From: Ignavibacteriota bacterium
GTDB lineage: Bacteria; Bacteroidota; Ignavibacteria; Palsa-1295
Length of the DNA: 64,000 nucleotides
Direction of reading: 5' to 3'
Assembly (NCBI GenBank): GCA_963787835.1
Contig: CAWBEI010000004.1
Span: 160,001-224,000 of the forward strand
Shown here: positions 1 through 9,842 of the stretch, one piece after another
Layout: every line of letters begins with the position of its first letter
Position numbering within the stretch: the first letter of the stretch is position 1
The notes under the pieces: generated by a model
What the model saw: the letters and a program-made list of their open reading frames with translations, nothing else
Told to the model about the DNA's origin: nothing
Databases searched by the model: none
Made by a program: the position numbers and the translations under genes

Positions 1-23
1 AATTGTTTGAAAAATTTGGCCGG

Positions 24-713
24 ATGCTTCTCTTCATCATGATTGTCCTTGGTGATAGTGCGGCCAGCGGACAGCAGGCATCACCTTTGAAGCAACTACC
101 CGCAGATATCCAGACTTCCAGTGACAGATTTGCAATAACGCGGCTGTTTGAGCTTCACTACTGGACGGGAAAGACATACTCGCTTACTGAAGACGCCAAT
201 CGTCAAGCAATTATTGCATTTCAAAAACTTCAAGGTCTATCGAGAACTGGGAAGCTTTCTGATTCGACTCTTTCACGGCTTTCGCAGGCGGTTACCCAGA
301 TGCCTCACGATACACTTCACAATCTGCACATCGAAGTAGATCTCAATCATCAGGTGCTGTTTGTAGTGGATTCGAGCGGTCACACTGTTCGGATTCTTTC
401 CGTCTCAACGGGTACAGGACAACGTTTTGATTATCCAGGTAAAGGCCCAGAATACGCTCGGACACCCAGAGGAAAATTTAAAGTCTATTACAAAGTTACC
501 GGTTGGAAAAAAAGCCCTCTCGGACAGATGTTCGATCCGATGTATATCGTGGGAGGTTTTGCGGTGCATGGTGCGCGGAGCGTACCATCCCGCCCCGCAA
601 GCCATGGGTGCATCCGTGTTCCTATGTTTGCAGCCGACGAGTTATTTCGTACAACTCCGGTTGGAACCCCTGTAATCATTTACGGGGATAATCCTTACCC
701 ATCACGAAAATGA
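24..713 (+). CDS. L,D-transpeptidase (YkuD family) with N-terminal peptidoglycan-binding domain
   Basis: PG-binding signature AIIAFQKLQGLSRTG; YkuD motif FAVHG...SHGCIRV. ATG at 24 begins a signal-like segment; the ORF is open from position 3. Confidence 0.85.
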   Translation: MLLFIMIVLGDSAASGQQASPLKQLPADIQTSSDRFAITRLFELHYWTGKTYSLTEDANRQAIIAFQKLQGLSRTGKLSDSTLSRLSQAVTQMPHDTLHNLHIEVDLNHQVLFVVDSSGHTVRILSVSTGTGQRFDYPGKGPEYARTPRGKFKVYYKVTGWKKSPLGQMFDPMYIVGGFAVHGARSVPSRPASHGCIRVPMFAADELFRTTPVGTPVIIYGDNPYPSRK

Positions 714-1268
714 TTCGGGGTGCGATGGGATGGACCTCCCTTCAATACCAGAGGTATTATTCGGGATATGTGGTTGATCGGAGGGCTGCACCTCGTTCCA
801 ACCATTCGCGATCCGAGCCGCATTCCCAACAATAGAATCCATCTCTGAGATCGCATAGGATTTTGAGAGCACCTTCGATGCTCCAGCAAGAAGAGCTTGT
901 TCGATTCCTTCCTGTGATTGCGGGCCTCCTATAAGAACGATGTAGCCTTGCGGTAATGCGAGATGAAGACGTTGTATCGCGTGAAGGGCCGTTTCCCCAC
1001 TCAGATCATAGTCGATGAGGATCACTTGGGGTGCTTCTTCCCATGCGAGCACAAGTGCGTCCCGCAAGGTTGCAGAAGAATAGACCTCGTATCGGTGCTG
1101 ATCGAAATGCCGAACCAGGAATGCCCGGATTTCATCGAAGTCTTCCAGAATGAGTAACACCGTCTTTGGTGCTTCGACGGTCTTAGTTTGTTTGCGTTTT
1201 CTGATCATTGGGGATGAATCAATAGATCTGGTTGAGCTTGGCTTTCGTGGAACTCTCGTTGTCATCAT
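702..1268 (-). CDS. Single-domain response regulator (receiver only)
   Basis: LILEDFDE, VILIDYDL (phospho-Asp) and LSKS receiver motifs; no output domain. Start uncertain (ORF open to 1448). Confidence 0.7.
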   Translation of the reverse strand: MMTTRVPRKPSSTRSIDSSPMIRKRKQTKTVEAPKTVLLILEDFDEIRAFLVRHFDQHRYEVYSSATLRDALVLAWEEAPQVILIDYDLSGETALHAIQRLHLALPQGYIVLIGGPQSQEGIEQALLAGASKVLSKSYAISEMDSIVGNAARIANGWNEVQPSDQPHIPNNTSGIEGRSIPSHPESFS

Positions 1269-1662
1269 CGAGGGATGAGCAAAGGAGGGCTGATCGGGCG
1301 AAGCTCCCAGATAATATCCTTCCAATTCTTGGTGCAGGTGCATAATAATAGTTCTTTTGTCGAGAATCTCTCGAAAGAGTTGTGCCACCTTGTGACATCT
1401 ATTTATAATGGGCAAAATAAACCGGAGAAAATCAAATGATGCATTCATTCGACGAATTGCGCGGAAGAATTCTTGCCCCTTGAATCAAAGAGTTAACGCA
1501 TGGTAGATATTTTTAGCCCGTCCAGGAGATGCAATAGTGCATTTGGGGGGCCATTGAGAGCTTAAATAGTTGCTTGACCCATTTACAGAAGATGGCATGA
1601 GTTTTCGAAGTCGTCAGGCAAAGCAAAATGAAGGACTCACGGAAAAATAATCAGACGGTAGC

Positions 1663-1677
1663 GTTAAATAATTTAAC
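1663..1677. promoter_or_regulatory. Palindromic activator-site candidate GTTAAA-TAA-TTTAAC
   Basis: Perfect 6-3-6 palindrome resembling the sites at 6158, 6178, 9848, 24332 and 24684. Confidence 0.45.
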
Positions 1678-1729
1678 GCTTTTAATTCAAAAATTCCTTA
1701 AAACAAGCAAAAAAAGCCAATTTGATTTT

Positions 1730-1744
1730 TGGAACAGAACTTGG
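1730..1744 (+). promoter_or_regulatory. sigma54-like promoter of the yceI operon
   Basis: TGGAACAGAACTTGG versus consensus TGGCACG-N4-TTGC. Confidence 0.5.
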
Positions 1745-1820
1745 GCTTCATATCAGCAAAGAAACAAAAGATCGCTGAAAGTCAGCAGAAACACCGACCG
1801 TGAAATACATAGCTAAGATC

Positions 1821-2495
1821 ATGAAACGAATCCTGAATTCTCAACAGAACCGAGTTTTGATGCTAATGGCAACATTGGTTGCTATGGCCCAGACCGGCCT
1901 GTTGCAGGGACAGAACATGGTGCGAAGCACGGTCGGTGGTGAGAGGCAGGGAATCATTTCTAGCGGAGCACAAGAAGCGATCTACATGCTGAGTTCATCG
2001 AAAGATGTCGTCATGAATCTCTCCGGAACGATGCCGCTCAAGAATTGGACGATGACTGCTCATGGATTATCCGGTGCCGCGAAGATGGATATTACAGCGG
2101 ACCATCGGTTGACCGGAATCCAGACCCTGACCTTCAGTCTTCCGGTGCATAACCTCAAGGGTGAGCAAGAAGCAATGGATAACGATGCCTACAAAGCGTT
2201 GAAGGCTGACCAATATCACGAGATCGTTTTTCGGCTCAACTCGGCAACCATCGAGCCACGCAGTGGACATAACTATAACGTGCTGGCTCGCGGGAAGCTT
2301 ACGGTTGCAGGCGTGACGCGCGATGTGGTTCTGAATATGGCCGGGACCGTTGCTAAAGACGGCTCGATCTCGTTCACCGGTTCAGAAGTCGTGAGAATGT
2401 CGGACTACAACGTCGAGCGGCCATCTTTACTCTTTGGAATGATCAAAGCAGGCGACGAGATGACCCTTGCTTACAACCTGGTTTTTATTCAATAA
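1821..2495 (+). CDS. YceI family lipid/polyisoprenoid-binding protein
   Basis: GTMPLKNW, MDNDAYKALK, GKLTVAGVTR and MSDYNVERP motifs; signal-like N-terminus. GTG at 1800 is an alternative start. Confidence 0.85.
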   Translation: MKRILNSQQNRVLMLMATLVAMAQTGLLQGQNMVRSTVGGERQGIISSGAQEAIYMLSSSKDVVMNLSGTMPLKNWTMTAHGLSGAAKMDITADHRLTGIQTLTFSLPVHNLKGEQEAMDNDAYKALKADQYHEIVFRLNSATIEPRSGHNYNVLARGKLTVAGVTRDVVLNMAGTVAKDGSISFTGSEVVRMSDYNVERPSLLFGMIKAGDEMTLAYNLVFIQ

Positions 2496-2524
2496 CAATT
2501 ATCAACAACAACGTGAAACACACT

Positions 2525-3128
2525 ATGAACACACCAACAACGATGCGAAAATATTTTATTGCCTCATTTTTCCTACTTTCTTTCATCATGGTTCCTGCAT
2601 TGCAGGCGCAAACAGCCTATACGGTAAGCAGCAAGCAGGAGTCGATGACGCTCTATGGGACATCGACGCTACATAACTGGACGATGACCTTGACCTTCTA
2701 CACCGGTAACGCTCAATTTACCCTCACTGCGGATAACCACTTGACAGGACTGAGCGCACTCAGCGTCGATCTGCCCGTCCACAATCTAAAAAGTGAAAGC
2801 GATGGAATGACCAACAATGCATACGATGCCTTGAAGGCGGATAAGTTCAAAGACATCGTATTCAGACTTACCTCCGCCACGGTCACCCCCTCAGGAGGAA
2901 ACAAGTATCAAATCGCCGCGCTCGGTAATCTCACGATCTCTGGAGCGAACAAGGCAGTAACATTGAACACTACGGCAGTCGTGAACGCGGACGGATCCAT
3001 TTCCTGCAGCGGCACGGTGGCGCTTAAATTCTCGGATTTCAACATTGAACGGCCATCCTTCATGTTCGGGACGATGAAGTGTAGGCGATGCCCTCACATT
3101 AAACTATTCATTAATTTTTGTGAAGTAA
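2525..3128 (+). CDS. YceI family protein with an apparent +1 frameshift at ~3080 (ORF as read ends at 3190)
   Basis: GTSTLHNW, GNLTISG, FSDFNIERP. Removing T3080 restores MKVGDALTLNYSLIFVK*, matching the paralog C-terminus IKAGDEMTLAYNLVFIQ*. Confidence 0.8.
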
Positions 3129-3205
3129 GCATCGTCGGCGATGCGCCATTCCACTCATGGGAATTTAAACACATACATTTTCCAAACTAACCACAAACAA
3201 CCATT

Positions 3206-4612
3206 ATGAAACATACCATTAGAATACTCATTCTTCTATGCCTCGCCGCATCGCCCATGATGCTTACGAGTCTTGCACACGCGCAACAACTCGCCACATC
3301 CGGCATGCAATTCTTCCGCCCGAATGATCAGCGGGGTGTCAACTCCTTCGAGACCGATAAGACCGACACCACGCCATTCAAGGGCACATTCATCCACATT
3401 GGTGGAGCATTCGCGGACGATTGGCAATCCCTCACAGACCAGAACTACACGAATACAAAAACCACTCTTAATCATGCGGACTCTTCCAATATTCTTGCAA
3501 AACTTGGCGGTGGGTTCCAACTCGGGTGGGGTAATATGTACATGGACGGCCAAATTGCCGATGGTATTCGTACCAACATTACCGTTTATCTTGCAACGGT
3601 GCACCACGAAGATACATGGGTTAAGAACGGGTACTTGCAGATCGACAAGCTCAATTTCTTAGGCAGCGACGTCGTGAATGACATCATGAAGTACGTCACG
3701 ATCCAGGCAGGATTTATTGAAGACGATTATGGCGATCAGCATTTCCGCCGTGTCGATGGTGGTAACGGAATGTACAATCCATTCATCGAAAACTACATTA
3801 TGGACGAATTCGCAACCGAAACAGGTGCAGAGTTCTACTATCATAACGATGGCTGGCTTGGTATGGTCGGGATCACCAACGGGGAGCTCAATCCGCAAAT
3901 TAAAGAATCGGGCTCGGTGGATGCAGAAACTGGCAAGCCAGTGGCCTACGACCCATCGCTTCTCGCCAAATTGGGTTATGATAAACAGGTTAACAGCGAT
4001 CTCCGCTTCCGACTCACTGGTTCTTACTACGAGAATCAAAACGGTTCCGTCACGCTGCTTGATGCTGGCGACCGTGCAGGTTCCCACTACAGCCTCGTGA
4101 TGGCAAATACCCTTGCACCAGTAAGTGCGCCGACGAACAGCGCAGAAGATAACACCTTCACGCAGGGTCGCTTCGGGCCGGGATTCTCGACCCAGATTTC
4201 GACATTTATGATCAACCCGTTCATCAAATACGATGGTCTGGAATTCTTTGGAACGTACGAGGGTGCCAGTGGCCGCAACAATACTGAGACGGCAACTCGT
4301 AACGCAACGCAAATGGCGGCGGATCTCATCTACCGCTTTGGTGCAACACAGCAATTCTGGATCGGCTTCCGGTACAATACGGTGAAGATGCAGCTTGCGC
4401 CAGTGAGCCAGAATATTCCCGATGTCACGGTTGATCGCATCGTTGGATCGATCGGCTGGTTCCCAGTCACCGCCGTCCTGATGAAAGTCGAATATGTTTC
4501 GCAAACCTACACCGGTTTCGACAATTCGCTTATCGCGGCTTCCAGCGCGAACGGAATCCTGAACGGTGGCAAATTCCAGGGAATCGTTGGCGAAGCAGAC
4601 GTAGCATTCTAA
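3206..4612 (+). CDS. Conserved hypothetical outer-membrane beta-barrel (porin-like) protein
   Basis: Signal peptide ending AHA, alternating beta-strand pattern, C-terminal Phe (EADVAF). Confidence 0.6.
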   Translation: MKHTIRILILLCLAASPMMLTSLAHAQQLATSGMQFFRPNDQRGVNSFETDKTDTTPFKGTFIHIGGAFADDWQSLTDQNYTNTKTTLNHADSSNILAKLGGGFQLGWGNMYMDGQIADGIRTNITVYLATVHHEDTWVKNGYLQIDKLNFLGSDVVNDIMKYVTIQAGFIEDDYGDQHFRRVDGGNGMYNPFIENYIMDEFATETGAEFYYHNDGWLGMVGITNGELNPQIKESGSVDAETGKPVAYDPSLLAKLGYDKQVNSDLRFRLTGSYYENQNGSVTLLDAGDRAGSHYSLVMANTLAPVSAPTNSAEDNTFTQGRFGPGFSTQISTFMINPFIKYDGLEFFGTYEGASGRNNTETATRNATQMAADLIYRFGATQQFWIGFRYNTVKMQLAPVSQNIPDVTVDRIVGSIGWFPVTAVLMKVEYVSQTYTGFDNSLIAASSANGILNGGKFQGIVGEADVAF

Positions 4613-4678
4613 TCGAACAGAAAACAAGCTCACCAGAGTTCCCGGTTCGTCCGGGGAAGTAAGATAGAGAGCAAGAAT

Positions 4679-4710
4679 AGGGCGCCAACGCGTAAGCAGA
4701 GGCGCCCTTT
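4679..4710 (+). terminator. Possible intrinsic terminator
   Basis: agggcgcc/ggcgccct stem with long loop and short T tract. Confidence 0.35.
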
Positions 4711-4764
4711 CGCTGGTGCACTATAAAGGCATCATGCAAGTCCTGAATTCAACCTGAAAGAATT

Positions 4765-6135
4765 ATGAAAACCATCATCGAGCCATTCAAAATAAAAATG
4801 GTGGAGCAGTTGCGCTTCACCACTCCCGAAGAGCGTTTCGACCTGCTAAAAAAGGCACATTATAATCCTTTCCTGCTTCGTTCGGATGATGTTTTGATCG
4901 ATCTGCTCACCGATAGCGGAACGACAGCAATGAGTGCTAAACAGTGGTCCGCCCTCATGGACGGGGACGAAGCTTACGCAGGTTCTCGAAGCTATTATAA
5001 ATTTGAGGATGCCGTTCGAGATATTACAGGGTTCAAGCATATCATTCCCACCCACCAGGGCCGTGCTGCGGAGAAAATTCTCTTCAGTATCATCGGCGAA
5101 CCAGGAAAAGTAATTCCTAATAATACCCATTTCGATACTACGCGCGCTAATATTGAAGAGTCTGGCGCTCGTGCGATCGACTTGCCGAATGCGTTCGGTC
5201 TCATTCCGGAACTTGTTGCCGACTTCAAAGGCGACATGGATATCGACGCGTTGGGAGAATTAATTCTTCGAGTAGGTCCACAAAATATTCCGGTCATCAT
5301 GTTGACCGTTACCAATAACACGGGTGGCGGCCAGCCAGTCTCGATGAAGAACATTCGCGAAGTTAGCAAGATAGCTCATACGAATGGTATCCTATTTTAT
5401 CTCGATGCGTGCCGATTCGCGGAGAACGCGATGTTCATCAAACTTCGTGAGGAGGGGTATGCAAATGTTCCCATCAAAACGATTGCGCAAGAGATGTTTT
5501 CGTATGCCGATGGCTGCACCATGAGCGCGAAGAAAGACGGATTGGTCAATACCGGTGGCTGGCTCGCGATGAACGATGATACGTTGTCAATGAAGGCTCG
5601 AAATGTTCTCATCGTTACCGAGGGATTTACGACGTATGGGGGACTCGCACGGCGGGATCTGGAAGCGATCGCACGCGGTCTGGTCGAAATAATGGATGAA
5701 TCCTATCTTGCGTATCGTTTACGATCCGTGCAATATTTGGGAGATGCGCTCGAACTACACGGAGTTCCGATCGTACGTCCGACCGGCGGTCATGCCGTAT
5801 ATCTTGACGCCAAACATTTTGCACCGCACATCCCGCAAAGTAAATATCCAGGTCAATCGATTGTCTGCGCTCTTTATGCACATGCCGGAATTCGAGCAGT
5901 TGAGGTCGGAAGTGTGATGTTCGGTAAATATGATGAGAATGGCATACTCATCCCTTCTCAAATGGAACTTGTTCGGCTCGCAATTCCTCGACGCGTTTAC
6001 ACCCAAAGCCATATCGACTATGTTGCTGAAGCGGTGAATGAAGTTTTCGATGACCGCGATAGTTTGCCGAAATTTTGCATCACGTATGAAGCGCCAATAC
6101 TCCGACATTTTACGGCACACTTTGAGCCCCTGTAG
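4765..6135 (+). CDS. tnaA: Tryptophanase
   Basis: IDLLTDSGT, HQGRAAE, PLP-Lys motif MSAKKDG. AVEVG (no TPL Arg) and LRHFTA (His, not Phe) favour TnaA over tyrosine phenol-lyase. Confidence 0.9.
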   Translation: MKTIIEPFKIKMVEQLRFTTPEERFDLLKKAHYNPFLLRSDDVLIDLLTDSGTTAMSAKQWSALMDGDEAYAGSRSYYKFEDAVRDITGFKHIIPTHQGRAAEKILFSIIGEPGKVIPNNTHFDTTRANIEESGARAIDLPNAFGLIPELVADFKGDMDIDALGELILRVGPQNIPVIMLTVTNNTGGGQPVSMKNIREVSKIAHTNGILFYLDACRFAENAMFIKLREEGYANVPIKTIAQEMFSYADGCTMSAKKDGLVNTGGWLAMNDDTLSMKARNVLIVTEGFTTYGGLARRDLEAIARGLVEIMDESYLAYRLRSVQYLGDALELHGVPIVRPTGGHAVYLDAKHFAPHIPQSKYPGQSIVCALYAHAGIRAVEVGSVMFGKYDENGILIPSQMELVRLAIPRRVYTQSHIDYVAEAVNEVFDDRDSLPKFCITYEAPILRHFTAHFEPL

Positions 6136-6157
6136 ATGATACATAAATAATAGCGAT

Positions 6158-6192
6158 GTAAAAGAATCTAACTATATGTTAAAGAATCTTAC
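6158..6192. promoter_or_regulatory. Tandem pair of palindromic activator sites (UAS candidate)
   Basis: GTAAAAGAATCTAAC (6158) and GTTAAAGAATCTTAC (6178), 20 bp apart. Confidence 0.55.
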
Positions 6193-6268
6193 GCATGCTC
6201 GTTGTAACAACAATTATTGACTGCAAGGAGTGTAAAGATATAGGGGGTCTGGATAAGATTCTTAACAC

Positions 6269-6283
6269 TGGCATGATTTGTCC
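6269..6283 (+). promoter_or_regulatory. sigma54-like promoter (good -24, degenerate -12)
   Basis: TGGCATGATTTGTCC about 80-110 bp downstream of the UAS pair. Confidence 0.35.
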
Positions 6284-6333
6284 GGGAAGATGAGAATATC
6301 GATTTTAGCCGAATATAAAATGATTTTCCCAAT

Positions 6334-7134
6334 ATGACTATGAACACATTAAATACTCCTTCAAGAGACCGTCTTATTTCAATAAGTGACCTTGCCTTTG
6401 CGATCATCATTATTTTGGCTACGAGCCTCGGTTTTCTGATGATCCCAAGAGATCAGAAAGCAAGCCCATCCGGCGGTTCGATCAGTGGTACGGTTCGTTT
6501 CTCTGGAGCCGTCCCGAAATTGGCACATGCTAAGACGACGGGCTTTGAAATGTGCGGAGCAACACATTCATACGACCGCCTTATTGTTGGAAAGGGCAAT
6601 GGTGTTCAATATACCTTAATCTACGTTGCAAATCCGCCGGCTGGGAAGGCGAATTTCCCGCCTGTAACGATCACGCAGCAGGGCTGCGGATATTCGCCTC
6701 ACATGGCGATCGCTACACGTGGCTCGTCGGTCAATTTTGTGAATGGTGATCCGGGCCTTCATAATGTGCATGGTTATTTCACGAGCGGATCGGAACGTTC
6801 AACACTGTTCAATTTCGCGCAGCCCTCTCAGGGGATGACATCCGCTCAGCAACTGCGCAAAGCGGGCATGGTAAACGTCGAGTGTGATGTGCACTTCTGG
6901 ATGTCCTCGTGGATCTGGGTGACGGATAACCCTTACGTCGCTGTGACGAATGCCGATGGTTCGTATTCGATCCCGGCTCTTCCGCCCGGAACCTATAATC
7001 TCGTGATGTGGCACGAAGGCTGGAGGATGAACGGTGGGGAAAGCGGCCGCCCGGAATTCTCCGGAGCTGTTGTTGAACAAAAACAGGTCACCGTTGGTGA
7101 TGGGGGAGCAACAGCTGACTTTGAACTGCAATGA
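6334..7134 (+). CDS. Membrane-anchored cupredoxin-like protein with carboxypeptidase-regulatory-like beta-sandwich
   Basis: N-terminal TM helix; HNVH...CDVHFWM fits type-1 copper ligands (H, C, H, M); VTNADGSYSIPALPPGTY. Confidence 0.7.
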   Translation: MTMNTLNTPSRDRLISISDLAFAIIIILATSLGFLMIPRDQKASPSGGSISGTVRFSGAVPKLAHAKTTGFEMCGATHSYDRLIVGKGNGVQYTLIYVANPPAGKANFPPVTITQQGCGYSPHMAIATRGSSVNFVNGDPGLHNVHGYFTSGSERSTLFNFAQPSQGMTSAQQLRKAGMVNVECDVHFWMSSWIWVTDNPYVAVTNADGSYSIPALPPGTYNLVMWHEGWRMNGGESGRPEFSGAVVEQKQVTVGDGGATADFELQ

Positions 7135-8411
7135 GAACCATTTATGGCGTCCTCCTCTTTGTCGTTGCGGTGGCTCTTGTAGCGCCAGATGCGAAGGCTG
7201 TTCCTGTCTTTGCAAGGAAGTATAATACAACGTGCTTTACCTGTCATACGACACCCCCATTGCTGAACGATTTTGGCCTTCGTTTTCAGGCAAATGGTTA
7301 CCAGTTGCCGGGTACGCTTGAAAAATTCGCACAGGCCGATCAACCAACCTTTTTACTCGGGATGGTAGCACAGCCGTTGTTACAGTATTCGGAGGTAAAA
7401 GATAATCTTGGGGTGAATCCAACCACCACATCCACATCGTTTTCGGGAATTGAAGTGGGACTGTTTGCCTCGGCGTCCCTTGGCTCACATTTTTCCTTTT
7501 ATACGGGTCTTCCGATAGATTATTTTAGCGGTCAACAAGCTCAAATCAATGTCGAGACGGCAAACCTGATTTACACTGATGCGCTCAATGATGGAACCGG
7601 TTCGCTCAACTTCCGTCTTGGCGAGTTTCGGTTCTCATACCCTTATCAGCATGAGGTCTTACTGGCAAATCCAAACATTGATCCCCTGGTCTATACCTAC
7701 GATCCTTTTGCTAAAGCCGGGAATAGCAGCTTCCTAATGAAGGCAAACACCCTCTCCTTTGCAGATCCCAACTTCGGGTTTTCTGCATTCGGAATGATTC
7801 CAGGTATTGCAGAAGGTCTGCGGTATGATATCGGCATCAGCGGTGGTACAAGCAGTGATATTGATCTGCATCAGTCTCATGCGTTATTCGGTGCACTGAA
7901 TCAAACGATCTATGTCAATAATGCTCCTCTGCGCTTTGGGGCATTCTATTATGGTGGTTCTCAATTGATCACGAATACAAATCCAATTGACACCGTTGGG
8001 GGATTGTCGGCGCCTCAATGGACAAATTATAGTTCGCGGGTAGGCCTGAACCTGGAATTTTATGATCCCTGGACTAAGCGGCTTGACTTTTACAGTCAAT
8101 ATTTGATGGGGAAAGACAATAATGTTGACACGGTCGGAACCGGCTATACGGAGACGGGAGGTTTTGTAGGAGTGAACGTCATTATTTCTCCTGAGAAGTT
8201 CTATATCTTTGGCCGATACGATATTCTCGATGTAAAAGAAACGAATGACAATTCAAACCAGATTGACATGGGATTCCAGTATCATTTCTTGCCTAATGTT
8301 TTTGTTACCGGCTTCTATACTATTACAAACGAAATAGTGACAAGCGCCGGCGTGAAGACTATGGATCAGACAAGTACTTCCGGTGGAATTGGCTTACGTT
8401 TTGGATTTTAA
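7131..8411 (+). CDS. cyc2: Cyc2-like fused monoheme cytochrome c / outer-membrane porin
   Basis: After signal peptide AKA: VPVFARKYNTTCFTCHTTPPLLNDFGLRFQANGY, i.e. PxFAR[QK][TY]..CxxCH..PxL..G..F..GY; beta-barrel body and C-terminal Phe. Confidence 0.75.
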   Translation: MRTIYGVLLFVVAVALVAPDAKAVPVFARKYNTTCFTCHTTPPLLNDFGLRFQANGYQLPGTLEKFAQADQPTFLLGMVAQPLLQYSEVKDNLGVNPTTTSTSFSGIEVGLFASASLGSHFSFYTGLPIDYFSGQQAQINVETANLIYTDALNDGTGSLNFRLGEFRFSYPYQHEVLLANPNIDPLVYTYDPFAKAGNSSFLMKANTLSFADPNFGFSAFGMIPGIAEGLRYDIGISGGTSSDIDLHQSHALFGALNQTIYVNNAPLRFGAFYYGGSQLITNTNPIDTVGGLSAPQWTNYSSRVGLNLEFYDPWTKRLDFYSQYLMGKDNNVDTVGTGYTETGGFVGVNVIISPEKFYIFGRYDILDVKETNDNSNQIDMGFQYHFLPNVFVTGFYTITNEIVTSAGVKTMDQTSTSGGIGLRFGF

Positions 8412-8425
8412 GGAGAGAATATAGG

Positions 8426-9265
8426 ATGTACATACAAACACTTACAGTCGCAGCAGCTATCGGACTCTCCGGATTGGCGCTTTCAGTTAACTCTGGTGAT
8501 CCCGTAGTGCCAGCACCGGGTGCAAGCATTACCGCACCAGCGCCACCAGCTTCTCGCGAGATCCTGGCACGGGGAAGAGAGATGTTTCTCGTGGCTTGTG
8601 CGCCATGCCATGGTGCTGATGGAACGGGCAATGGACCGATTGCTTCGAATCTGCTATCGAAACCTCGCAATCTTACACGCGGGATCTATATGAACCGTTC
8701 GACGGCAAGTGGAGAGCTCCCGACAGATTATGATCTGTTTCGAACGATCACAACCGGATTGCACAACACCGCAATGCCCTCGTTTCGGCACATGGCACAA
8801 GGAGACCGGTGGGCAGTCGTGCAATATATCAAGACCTTTTCGCCGCGTTTCAACGATTCAACAGAATATCCGCTTGATGTACTGAATGTCGGAACCGAAG
8901 TCCTTCCAAGCCCCCAAAGCCTTGCGACCGGACGGGCTCTTTATCTGCAAATGCAATGTGCAAGCTGCCACGGCATTCGCGGACAAGGAGATGGCCCATC
9001 ATCCGGTACACTTGCCGACGATTTCGGAAACCAAATCTGGCCGACCGATCTTACGAACCCTTCGAACTTCAAATTCGGCCGAAGTGTGCTCGACATTTTT
9101 CGCATTTTTTCAACAGGGCTCAATGGAACACCAATGCCGTCCTACGCTCAGACCTTACCTGATACTGCGCGTTGGCACCTTGCGAATTATGTCTGGTCGT
9201 TACAAAATACGGATCAATACGTGGATGGCGTAGATGCCGATAGCCTTGTTGCACTGAAACGCTGA
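8426..9265 (+). CDS. Periplasmic diheme cytochrome c
   Basis: CAPCH and CASCH, each followed by a distal MPSF/MPSY Met; signal-like N-terminus. Confidence 0.85.
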   Translation: MYIQTLTVAAAIGLSGLALSVNSGDPVVPAPGASITAPAPPASREILARGREMFLVACAPCHGADGTGNGPIASNLLSKPRNLTRGIYMNRSTASGELPTDYDLFRTITTGLHNTAMPSFRHMAQGDRWAVVQYIKTFSPRFNDSTEYPLDVLNVGTEVLPSPQSLATGRALYLQMQCASCHGIRGQGDGPSSGTLADDFGNQIWPTDLTNPSNFKFGRSVLDIFRIFSTGLNGTPMPSYAQTLPDTARWHLANYVWSLQNTDQYVDGVDADSLVALKR

Positions 9266-9355
9266 GGAATTTTGTTGCATGGATTTCATTTTCACTTTTT
9301 TAATCGACCAAAGCTTGAAAAGCTCTGATATAATTAACTAACCAATCAAGAACGA

Positions 9356-9820
9356 ATGAAACCTGTTATTTTCACTCTCGCCTCCTTTATGATGTTGCTT
9401 TTGCTTGCTTCATGCGGAGGCGGCTCCAACCAAAAACTCAACGAAGACAAACCTGCCGCCGATAGCTCTACTGCAACTGCGGCGCCTGCGGCTCCAACCA
9501 TAGCTGACTTCAAAGTCGACATGAGCGCCGATCATATCGCCTTAGGCCATGCTACCTATCACATGACCTGCGCACCTTGCCACGGAGAGGGCGGTAAAGG
9601 CGATGGGCCGGCAGCCGTTGCACTCAATCCGAAACCTCGCGACCATACGAACGGAGCCTATATGGATAAGCTTACGAATGCTCACCTTTATGAGGTAATC
9701 ACCAAAGGCGGAGCTGCGTTTGGGTATCCAACGATGCCTGCACAGCCACAGCTTGTGGATGATTCCGTAAAAAATGTCATTGCATTCGTTCGCTCGTTGA
9801 GCAAGACTTACAAGCCGTAA
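9356..9820 (+). CDS. Lipoprotein monoheme cytochrome c
   Basis: Lipobox LLASC, Ala/Pro linker, CAPCH, distal TMPA. Confidence 0.85.
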   Translation: MKPVIFTLASFMMLLLLASCGGGSNQKLNEDKPAADSSTATAAPAAPTIADFKVDMSADHIALGHATYHMTCAPCHGEGGKGDGPAAVALNPKPRDHTNGAYMDKLTNAHLYEVITKGGAAFGYPTMPAQPQLVDDSVKNVIAFVRSLSKTYKP

Positions 9821-9842
9821 TTGAGTCAATTTATCGTAAGAT

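Noticed and set aside
1628-1816. 62-aa ORF upstream of yceI
   Set aside because: Overlies AT-rich promoter/UAS DNA and has no recognisable features
3659-4633. 324-aa minus-strand ORF
   Set aside because: Antisense shadow of the beta-barrel gene
4612-4764. tnaC-like leader peptide
   Set aside because: The only ATG-started mini-ORF seen has no Trp codon
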